Shown: positions 10,572-19,013 of the stretch, one piece after another
Position numbering within the stretch: position 1 is the first letter of the stretch
Layout of the letters: each line of letters begins with the position of its first letter
Virus record (IMG/VR): IMGVR_UViG_3300048011_000030
Span: 1 to 58,131 of that record
Reading direction: 5' to 3' (one strand)
DNA from: a virus
Lineage: Duplodnaviria; Caudoviricetes
Length of the DNA stretch: 58,131 nucleotides
Notes under the pieces: model-generated
Seen by the model: the letters and a program-made list of their open reading frames with translations, nothing else
What the model was told of the DNA's origin: nothing
The model's database searches: none
Program-made: the position numbers and the translations under genes

Positions 10572-10583
10572 AGGAGAATAGAG

Positions 10584-12551
10584 ATGCCAAGAGTAGGATC
10601 AGATGAAATTACAATAAAAAACATATCAGATGGAGACAGCTCTCGTACAGTCTATCTGTTTCAAAATGGAACAAGCTCCCCAACAGTTCCTTTAAACACT
10701 GCTGGGTTTGTAGCCTCTACGGGTGTTGCTAGTAGTACGGGATCTTGGAGCACAATAGCCACTGTCCCAGCATCTGGTAGTACACTATACGTAGCATCTC
10801 TTAGTCTTCGTCAACCTAACTCTACAGGAAACTGGGAAGCTGTTGGTAATTGGGAAGCTAATCCAGCCTCCTCGTCTGGAGCTGATGGATCCCCAGCCCC
10901 AAGGTTTGTTTCACGTAGGTTATATGCATCCTCATCTACAGGCACACCTGGTGCTCCATCTGCTATACTAACATGGTCAACCCTTGCACTGTCTAGTATC
11001 ACAGCGGGTACCCCATCAGCAACTTGGTCGGAGACTGCACCAACAGCCATTGCTACTTCAACCACTTTGGTTTACTTTTCTGATTTACTATTCATAGATG
11101 TAACAGGTATAGCTACAACCAGTTCAAATACTGGGAGTACTCCTAAAGAGGGGATATCTTTTTCAGGTCTTGTGACATTCAACAATGGTGACTTTGCACT
11201 TGATGGCACTGCTATAACATCTATAGATGGTGGTAATATAACTACAGGTTCTATTTCAGGTAGTCCTTCTGGGGTGAATCCCCCATCAGCAGGTAGTGCA
11301 CCCACTGGTACTGAAGATGGCACGTCTTTAAACCTAACTGATGGTAACCTTACTATTGGTAACTCAACTAACTATATCAGTTGGGATGGAACGGAACTTA
11401 AAGTCCAAGGGGAGATTGTCAACATTACAAAACCGCACTTAGCTGGACTAGCAGGTGATTGGTTTTGTATCTCAGATTCTGTCACAGACCTAAGCACTGT
11501 CCTTCCGTTTAGTCTGAACGGGGCAGGTCTGTACCGTATGATAATGGTAGGTGGTGGTGGTGGTGCCAGTGCAGCCTATACAAACATTTTTGGATACACA
11601 GGTGTTTCTGGTGGTGGTGCAGGTGCGTTAGCAGTGTGGACATTTTTATGGGATGGAACATCAGCTATCCGCGTGATCATCGGTCATGGTGGCGCTGGTA
11701 AAATTCACACCACAGATGGAAGTGGTGGTGGAGCATCGTCTTTTATGGTAGATGGGGTAACCACGATCACTACAAATGGTGGGGGTGGTGGAGACCGAGG
11801 TAACTCTATCTTTACACCAGGTGGTTCTGGCGGAGATATTACATTTGCTACAAACCCTGACCCTGGTATGTATGACCTTGAAACACGGTATGGTGGTCGT
11901 GGTGGTAACTCGACTGTCTCTGGTGGTAGTACATCTCATGGTAGTGCTGGCGGTGGTGGAGTTAACTTCCTTGGAGTTGGCAATAGTACAGACCAGACTA
12001 TTACCCGTGGCGGTGACTTTGTTGCTGCAACCTCAAATGATTCCGCTGCGACTGCTGGTGGTGGTCCACAAGGTAAAGGTGGTGACATCAACAGCATGGG
12101 AGGTGACCGCTTTTCAACCGCAGCTGTATACGCTGCTCAAGGTATTTCAAGTTCGTCTAGTACTAACGCAGGTATAACATATGAGCCTGTTGTGGGGAAT
12201 GTAATTTCTACCCCCTATTTAGGTTCTGCACCACTTGGTCGTACTTATGCTGGAACCACTGATGACGAAGGTGTTGGACCCCCCGATGCTTCAGGTATTT
12301 TGGGTGGTGGTGGTGTTCTCAGAACTACTGTGGGGACTACTGCGCAAGCGTCTAAGCAATCACATGCGCCTAGCGGTTTTTTATTTGGTGGTGGTGGTGG
12401 CGGATCAGCTGTTGCTCAGCTTGGTAATGAAGACCTTGCTGAAATAACAGGTGGTAATGGAGGAATCGGGGCTGGCGGCGGTGGTGGCTTCGGATTAACT
12501 TCACGTGGTGGTAATGGTGGTGGCGGAGCACTATTCGTACTCAGACTTTAG
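10584..12551 (+). CDS. Virion appendage protein C with glycine-rich C-terminal domain
   Basis: RBS aaggag; N-terminal RVGSDEITIKNISDG; many GGGGG runs in the C-terminal half, typical of phage Gly-rich receptor-binding domains. Confidence 0.72.
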   Translation: MPRVGSDEITIKNISDGDSSRTVYLFQNGTSSPTVPLNTAGFVASTGVASSTGSWSTIATVPASGSTLYVASLSLRQPNSTGNWEAVGNWEANPASSSGADGSPAPRFVSRRLYASSSTGTPGAPSAILTWSTLALSSITAGTPSATWSETAPTAIATSTTLVYFSDLLFIDVTGIATTSSNTGSTPKEGISFSGLVTFNNGDFALDGTAITSIDGGNITTGSISGSPSGVNPPSAGSAPTGTEDGTSLNLTDGNLTIGNSTNYISWDGTELKVQGEIVNITKPHLAGLAGDWFCISDSVTDLSTVLPFSLNGAGLYRMIMVGGGGGASAAYTNIFGYTGVSGGGAGALAVWTFLWDGTSAIRVIIGHGGAGKIHTTDGSGGGASSFMVDGVTTITTNGGGGGDRGNSIFTPGGSGGDITFATNPDPGMYDLETRYGGRGGNSTVSGGSTSHGSAGGGGVNFLGVGNSTDQTITRGGDFVAATSNDSAATAGGGPQGKGGDINSMGGDRFSTAAVYAAQGISSSSSTNAGITYEPVVGNVISTPYLGSAPLGRTYAGTTDDEGVGPPDASGILGGGGVLRTTVGTTAQASKQSHAPSGFLFGGGGGGSAVAQLGNEDLAEITGGNGGIGAGGGGGFGLTSRGGNGGGGALFVLRL

Positions 12552-12625
12552 AGGCAGTTGAATCTACTACTCACAAGATACCCTATTCTTTGACAAGTAT
12601 AGGAAGTTATAATGGAAAAACGTAA

Positions 12626-13021
12626 ATGATAAGACTATTAAGTGGCCCGGAGTTGGCAGACAAGTGGCATAAGTTAAGGCCCTTAATCGATCAAGCATTA
12701 GAACATGGAGGAGGAGCTGTGACATCTCACGGACTCTTCCTCCAATGCTTAGGTGCTGTGGGACAATGTTGGATTAGACATGAAGGTGAGGTATGTATTA
12801 CCCGCTTTGAAGAAATAGAAGGTAAGAGACAACTATCCGTCATTGCCTGCACATCACCTGGTTTGTTAGAATTCCTACCAGAGTGCATGAATATATTTGA
12901 GGATTTCGCACGTTTCAATGATTGCAAAAGGACTGTAGTCTATGGGCGCAAAGGTTGGGCACGTGCCCTTAAAGAATACGGATACTGTGAGACGTTCATA
13001 ACGCTCACTAAGGAGGTTTAA
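12626..13021 (+). CDS. Small protein, possible acetyltransferase-fold virion assembly factor
   Basis: GRKGWARAL motif; position just before ejection proteins as in other podoviruses. Confidence 0.5.
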   Translation: MIRLLSGPELADKWHKLRPLIDQALEHGGGAVTSHGLFLQCLGAVGQCWIRHEGEVCITRFEEIEGKRQLSVIACTSPGLLEFLPECMNIFEDFARFNDCKRTVVYGRKGWARALKEYGYCETFITLTKEV

Positions 13022-13022
13022 T

Positions 13023-13697
13023 ATGGCTACGACAACAACAACATCAGGTCTTCCTGACTATGCTCAACCCTATGTAGAGGATGCTTTAGCAAATGCTACT
13101 GATCTTTACAATGTAGGAGCTATGGATAACGTTGCGGCGTTAACACCAGAACAGCTTGCTGCACTAGAGAAACAAAAGACACTTGGGGGTACTGGTGGTA
13201 TCTACGATCAGGTTGCCGCAGACAGTTACGGAGCTACCCAAGCGTACCGAGATGCTGCTGCTGGTACTGGTTTGTTTGGAGCTGATGCTTTAGGTAAGCA
13301 AATGACTTCCATGCAAGGTAGTATTGGAACTGCGGTTGAAGGTTTGCTGGGGCAGCAGAAAGGTCAGTTCTCACGAGGTGGTAACCTTGGTGGTGCTCGT
13401 GCACAACAGTCTATGGATTCAGCTGCTATGAAAGTGGGTGGTGATATGGCAGCAGCTGAGCTTGCCAATCGTCGTGCATCTGCTTTGTCTGGAGCTGGTG
13501 GTGTGTTCGGAGCTGGTGCTGGTCTCCAAAGTCAATTCGGAGCTGGTGCTAATCTACTTGGGCAAGCTGGGTCAGCGATTCAGCAGCAGAATCAGAACGA
13601 AGGTGATGCAGCTTATCAGGGTATCCAACGATTGTTTGGTCTGTATGGATCTCCTGCTTTGGGAAGCAAAAGCACCCAAGTAGGTGGAGGTAAGTGA
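13023..13697 (+). CDS. Internal virion (ejection) protein 1
   Basis: Gly/Ala/Gln-rich, no Cys; LPDYAQPY N-terminus; gene order. Confidence 0.65.
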   Translation: MATTTTTSGLPDYAQPYVEDALANATDLYNVGAMDNVAALTPEQLAALEKQKTLGGTGGIYDQVAADSYGATQAYRDAAAGTGLFGADALGKQMTSMQGSIGTAVEGLLGQQKGQFSRGGNLGGARAQQSMDSAAMKVGGDMAAAELANRRASALSGAGGVFGAGAGLQSQFGAGANLLGQAGSAIQQQNQNEGDAAYQGIQRLFGLYGSPALGSKSTQVGGGK

Positions 13698-15187
13698 TGA
13701 GACGTATAATCCAAAAGTACCAAGAGGGTGGTGTGGTTCAGCCTGCACCTGGCCCTGCGGTGGCAACAGGTATCCCCCAAGGTGGTCATGCAGCTGCAGC
13801 TATTCAAAGTTATCTAAGTGGTCAGGCAGCTGGACCTTTATCTTACACTGCTGGACAGTCTACTGTACCTGATTACAGAGCACTCGCGGCTATAGAGAAA
13901 AAGAGACGGTTAGCGGAACAGGCTGCTGGTACTGCTGGTACCACTGGTGCTAGTGCCGTAGTGGATGGTAATACAGAACATTCGGATATGATGGATGATA
14001 GTTCTGGTCAGATTGAAACTCTTGGTGGTGGTGTTATTAACTATAGCAACGCGGGAGAGAAACAACACGCAGAGAATATTGCTAAGATTATAGCAGACGG
14101 TGGTATCAACGAAAAAACTGGACAACCTAATATTTCCTCTGGTCCTAATGTACTCTCAGCGAGTGATGTTGGTCTGTTTGGGATAGGTGATACTTACGGT
14201 CAACAGTTTCAAGAAAACTATGATGCCCAGTCTGTTCACGCAGCAAACAACCCCGAATTCGGTCAATCCACTGGTACACCTTTGTCTGAGCAAGGGTTTT
14301 ATGATAATTTCATTACGGACTATCTTAACAACAGTATGGTAGGTACAGTAGGTAAGTATTTCACAGGTAACGAAATGTTCCCTGGATTGTTACCTCCCGA
14401 CTCTGAGGTGGGGGAAGGTGAAACCTATATGGAACAACTAGATGCCTTTGGTGGTGCAGGACCAGTTATACAATCTGACAATTCCAAAGTAGATTATACA
14501 CCAACTGTAACCCTCGACACAAGTGGCGGAACTCAAACAGCCAATGGACTCACATTTAACAACACTTACACTGGTGGGTACGTAGATCAAAATATCGGAA
14601 GTGGCGGGAAGGCCCAACAACGTGCGGAGCAAGCTGCCCAAAGAATAAAAAATGCTGAAAAGGCTGCTGGAATTGCATTGTATGGCAGTGAGCAGGCATG
14701 GCTTAACGCTACGAATGGTGGTAGGAATATGGGTGGCCCCATAGGCCCTCGTGTTAAAACCTACAACAATGGAAGTCCAGGTGGTGTATCAGTAGCCAAA
14801 TCAGGTCTACGTGAAGATGAGATACGTCAGCGTCAACTTATGCAGGCACGGATGCCACAGACAGAGGCAAGTCCTCTCTCAGATATCGGATCTAAACTTG
14901 CTATGGGTGCTATCGATAAAGGTATTGGATCTGCAGCTTCTTCTATGGCAGCTAAGGAAGGTCTCGTAGGCACTCTTGGAACCGCTTTAGGTGGGAGTGC
15001 CGCTACTGGTGCCGCCACTGGTGCTGCTGGTACAGGGTTAATGGCAGCCCTTGGACCTATCGGTATTGGTATCGGCCTAGGTAAACTGTTTGGAGTATTT
15101 AACGATGGGGGTAAGGTCCCTTGCTCTTGTGGCAAAACATCTTGCAAATGTGCAAAAGAAATGAAGTCACCACTATCAGGAGAATGA
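13694..15187 (+). CDS. Internal virion protein 2
   Basis: Gly/Ala-rich with a hydrophobic C-terminal helix; Cys only in the terminal CSCGKTSCKC; start may be ATG 13697. Confidence 0.6.
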   Translation: MMRRIIQKYQEGGVVQPAPGPAVATGIPQGGHAAAAIQSYLSGQAAGPLSYTAGQSTVPDYRALAAIEKKRRLAEQAAGTAGTTGASAVVDGNTEHSDMMDDSSGQIETLGGGVINYSNAGEKQHAENIAKIIADGGINEKTGQPNISSGPNVLSASDVGLFGIGDTYGQQFQENYDAQSVHAANNPEFGQSTGTPLSEQGFYDNFITDYLNNSMVGTVGKYFTGNEMFPGLLPPDSEVGEGETYMEQLDAFGGAGPVIQSDNSKVDYTPTVTLDTSGGTQTANGLTFNNTYTGGYVDQNIGSGGKAQQRAEQAAQRIKNAEKAAGIALYGSEQAWLNATNGGRNMGGPIGPRVKTYNNGSPGGVSVAKSGLREDEIRQRQLMQARMPQTEASPLSDIGSKLAMGAIDKGIGSAASSMAAKEGLVGTLGTALGGSAATGAATGAAGTGLMAALGPIGIGIGLGKLFGVFNDGGKVPCSCGKTSCKCAKEMKSPLSGE

Positions 15188-15188
15188 T

Positions 15189-18100
15189 ATGATCGATAAA
15201 ACAGATCCAACTAATAGGGATACTGTACCTGCGATGCTAACACCTGGGGAATTTGTCCTCAACAAGGAAGCATCAACTATGTTTGCTCCTGTGATAGAGC
15301 AAATGAATGCCGCAGGTTTACAGCATCGTGCAATAAAAAACATGGGTGGTGGTATTCCAACTTATAATAAGGGTGGTGATGTTAAACCCTCTCTTCAGCA
15401 AGGTATCGCAGAGGCAGCTGCAGCCCTTGGGGTAGATCCTATAGATCTTGCAACAATTATATCCTATGAAACTGCAGGTACCTTAAGTCCAACTCAAAAA
15501 GGACCTACTACAAAATGGGGGCAGCATCGTGGATATATTCAGTTTGGTGAACCTCAAGCTAAAGAGTATGGGGTAGACTTCTCCTCTGAAGATAGTGCTA
15601 TGTCATCTCAGCTTGGAGCAAATGGTGCTATCGTTAAGTACTTCAAGGCTCATGGGTTTGAACCAGGGATGGGTCTTATGGATCTATACTCTATTGTAAA
15701 TGCTGGTGGTCCTGGGAGGTACAATTGGTCTGATGAAAAGGCTGGTGGTGCTAAGGGTACTGTGGCTGATAAAGTAATTAAACAGATGCCGGCCCATAGG
15801 GATAAGGCAATTAAACTCTTAGGTGTTAACTTTGCACCTGAAACATCTGTTCGTCCACAATCTCGTGGAGATGTTCCTCCCCAAGCAACACCACAACTCA
15901 CAGCCCAAGCAAATCCAATTGCTGTTGAACAGGCAATCATGCAAGCTAGTGTACCACAGGTACAAGCAGCACCCCCAGTACCTACAGACTTCGGTGAAGC
16001 CTTCAAAGACGCACGAGCTGACATGGGAGCGGGAGGTACCTTTACCTTTCGTGGTCGTGATTATACTACTGATTATGTTGAAGAAAAAGATAAGACGATG
16101 ACTGCTAACATGGGTGGTTCTGTTTATCTCAATATGGGAGGTTACCCACAAGAGCACTTAGATAATTATCGTAAAGCTATAATGGCTAACATGGGTCCGG
16201 AGTACTTGGCTAGAATAGCGGAAACGGTAAGCATGGACGCTGCTCGTGAACTACAAGCGCAAGTTCGTCCAGACTATACACCAGGTAATGTAGACTATAC
16301 ACCAGGTAATGTAGAGGGAAACTTTGATTCATCTCAGTATAACGATCCTGCCTTTAAACTTAGATCAGATGGTATGATTGATTTAAGAGGCTCGGGAGGC
16401 TCAGATCGAAGGCTAGATAAAAAATTATATTTATCACAACCTAACACTGGTATGACAACAGAAGAAGCTATGGCTAAGCGTAAGAACCTTGCGTCTAATA
16501 GTTATGTACCGATGCCAGAAGTGAACAGTGATGACCCAGTTACCAACCCTTCTTCTGGATTTGGAAGCAGCCTTGAGTACAACTATGACACTTACTTAAA
16601 AGAGATGGGATATAATGATGTCCCTGCTGTTCGTGAGATGTGGAGGCGTTACCAGGATAAGATGAATGCAAAGTCAGCAGAGGTTCCAATGCCAGAAGTG
16701 AACAGTGATGAGTCATTACTTCAAGGTTCTTCCGGAAGCGTTGCGAGTGCTGCTCGTTCTTTCCCAAGTGACTACCCAATTAATATGGATGTCCCAAGGG
16801 TTGAAGGCTACAACATTCCAGCCCCTATCCCAGCCCCTAGACCAACCATGATCGGTGGTCAGTTGTACTATTTGAATGGTGATGGTCTTGTTACAGATTC
16901 AAATGGTAACCCTGTTCAAGACCCTGAGATTGGTGCTGCTGTTCAAAATAAACTTAACTATAGCCCAGAGGAATCTGCTGCTAATGCACAAGCATACAAC
17001 GAATCTATGGCTGAGCAGGCGGTATTTAATGGTGTTGCTCCACAGTCAGTGAATCCAAGCTATGATTCAATGCGTCAACAGCAAGAGTCTAATGCTGCTG
17101 AGGCAGAAAGGATTAGAGCGGAGGTTGCACAGACTGATATGGAACGTCAGGCTCTTAATGACGAGTTTAACAATAGAGGACCAGTAGTTGATTACAATAT
17201 CCCAGCTTCTATGCAGGATGCTGGTAGGATGATGGCTAACAATGTACCTATGGGGGATGGTGTTCCTAGAACAGCTGCAAGCAGTATACCAAAACCTAGT
17301 ATTAATTACTCTGGTATTTCTTTTGATGCTCTTGTAACACTTGCAAACGATGGTGATGAAAAGGCGCAAGATGAGCTGGTTCAAAGAAACGATCAAGCTA
17401 ATCTGAATGATATAGCGGTAGATGATCGTCGAAGTCGTGGGTATAGTGTGCTTACTGAAACCCCCATTGATCCTAACAGACCTCAAATAACTGGAGATTT
17501 ATCCCCAAGTGTCTACTCCGAATCTCAACAGTTGGGTATCCCTATTCCACAAGGTGTTGATTTTAATTATGAGGGTCCGGCATCTGGTGTAAGTTCACAC
17601 ACACAAGCCCTAGAAGTATTGAAGACTCCTAGCCTCCCAGAAGACGATTACGTTAAAGCAAACGAAGCTCTTAGCACACCTGATACAGTGGTTACTCCAG
17701 TAAGTCCCGACACTTTTGATCCAAGAGGTGAAGGAACTGGTCGGCAAAAATTCGCAGCTGCCTCAAAAGTTGAAGGTATAATTAATAACTTGCCTGAAGA
17801 CGATAAGAAAACCTCTAAGGACCAAGACCTTGCTGCTAAGGAAGCTGCTGCTGCAGAAGAGGCGCGCCTTACCCAAGCAGGTGGTGGTGATGCTAAAAAC
17901 ACACCTGAAGTTAAAGGGGCTATGTCTGCAATTAAAAGCATGTTTGGAGATCTGTTTGACACTAAAGAACTTGCAAGGGCTGCTATCCTATATCTAGGTG
18001 GTCGTGCTACTGGTCTTAATGGTAATCAAGCCCTTGCTTTTGCTGGTAAGAACTACCTGGCTAGGGTTGATGCTAAAGAGGGTACATACCAGAAGATCGC

Positions 18101-18968
18101 TCTTGAAGGTAAGCATACTAAAGATAGTTTAGCTGTCTATAAGAAGACCATGAATCCTGCAGACCTTGTAGCTAAAGGTCAACCTCCCATTGAAACAGGT
18201 GAGTATAAGGATTTGTATCATACCAAGTCAGGTACTCCTGTTAAGTTGATTGAAAAAGAAACATCTACTGGTAGAAAACTGTATTACTATAAAGGTGAGC
18301 AAGTAGATCTTAATGATTTTACAGCCGATGGTAGATACTCTGTTGGATCTAAAGATCATGATATATATGTTGGTCAGCTTGAAAGTGCTGTTATCTCCCA
18401 AGTTAAGGAGCTACAGGGAATCAACATGACCGATAGTGATTCTGATGGTAAAGGCTCTAAACCTATAATCGGCATCACACCAACAGGTGTTGCCACACAA
18501 GCAGCTAAGTATGTTATTAAGAATCAACTCCCTCGTGAAGTAATGCGGGATCTTGTCAGCATTGCATATCAAGATGCTGTGGCAGAGAAAATGTCAACAG
18601 GTAAGACACCCCCTTCTTTGGAACCATTCTTTGAAAGGGCTTATGTTAAAAGTAGAACAAGCAATGTTGTTAATTTTACATTGGGTAATGGTAAACCTGC
18701 ACCCGCTGCAAGTGTGAATCAATTCTTTAGGACTATCAGAGACATGGCAACTGCTGCTGAACAGGTGGAAAACCCTGACTTTAAATTATCTAGTCTTAAT
18801 GACACTCAACTTTCAACTTGGTTGTTGCAGTCCAAAACATACACAAGCTGGAATCAAATTACAGACCCTGAAGAAAAGAAATTCTTTGTTGATAGGGGTG
18901 CTAAGGAAGTTCCACCCCGTAGTGGATTCATGCAGTATGTCTTAGAAGGCTACCCCAAAACATCCTAA
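15189..18968 (+). CDS. Internal virion protein 3 with N-proximal lytic transglycosylase-like domain
   Basis: AAALGVDPIDLATIISYETAG...GYIQF resembles the SLT catalytic Glu and GLxQ motifs; low-complexity Pro/Ser-rich middle. Confidence 0.62.
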   Translation: MIDKTDPTNRDTVPAMLTPGEFVLNKEASTMFAPVIEQMNAAGLQHRAIKNMGGGIPTYNKGGDVKPSLQQGIAEAAAALGVDPIDLATIISYETAGTLSPTQKGPTTKWGQHRGYIQFGEPQAKEYGVDFSSEDSAMSSQLGANGAIVKYFKAHGFEPGMGLMDLYSIVNAGGPGRYNWSDEKAGGAKGTVADKVIKQMPAHRDKAIKLLGVNFAPETSVRPQSRGDVPPQATPQLTAQANPIAVEQAIMQASVPQVQAAPPVPTDFGEAFKDARADMGAGGTFTFRGRDYTTDYVEEKDKTMTANMGGSVYLNMGGYPQEHLDNYRKAIMANMGPEYLARIAETVSMDAARELQAQVRPDYTPGNVDYTPGNVEGNFDSSQYNDPAFKLRSDGMIDLRGSGGSDRRLDKKLYLSQPNTGMTTEEAMAKRKNLASNSYVPMPEVNSDDPVTNPSSGFGSSLEYNYDTYLKEMGYNDVPAVREMWRRYQDKMNAKSAEVPMPEVNSDESLLQGSSGSVASAARSFPSDYPINMDVPRVEGYNIPAPIPAPRPTMIGGQLYYLNGDGLVTDSNGNPVQDPEIGAAVQNKLNYSPEESAANAQAYNESMAEQAVFNGVAPQSVNPSYDSMRQQQESNAAEAERIRAEVAQTDMERQALNDEFNNRGPVVDYNIPASMQDAGRMMANNVPMGDGVPRTAASSIPKPSINYSGISFDALVTLANDGDEKAQDELVQRNDQANLNDIAVDDRRSRGYSVLTETPIDPNRPQITGDLSPSVYSESQQLGIPIPQGVDFNYEGPASGVSSHTQALEVLKTPSLPEDDYVKANEALSTPDTVVTPVSPDTFDPRGEGTGRQKFAAASKVEGIINNLPEDDKKTSKDQDLAAKEAAAAEEARLTQAGGGDAKNTPEVKGAMSAIKSMFGDLFDTKELARAAILYLGGRATGLNGNQALAFAGKNYLARVDAKEGTYQKIALEGKHTKDSLAVYKKTMNPADLVAKGQPPIETGEYKDLYHTKSGTPVKLIEKETSTGRKLYYYKGEQVDLNDFTADGRYSVGSKDHDIYVGQLESAVISQVKELQGINMTDSDSDGKGSKPIIGITPTGVATQAAKYVIKNQLPREVMRDLVSIAYQDAVAEKMSTGKTPPSLEPFFERAYVKSRTSNVVNFTLGNGKPAPAASVNQFFRTIRDMATAAEQVENPDFKLSSLNDTQLSTWLLQSKTYTSWNQITDPEEKKFFVDRGAKEVPPRSGFMQYVLEGYPKTS
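16271..16315 (+). repeat. 21-bp in-frame tandem duplication (DYTPGNV x2)
   Basis: agactatacaccaggtaatgt repeated twice. Confidence 0.9.
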
Positions 18969-19013
18969 GTCAAGTTAAAACAATTGGTATGAATATATAC
19001 AAGGAGATATGTA

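Noticed and set aside
9430-10590. Programmed frameshift or readthrough fusing ORFs A, B and C
   Set aside because: Each downstream ORF has its own strong RBS and ATG, and no slippery heptamer is evident; not formally excluded
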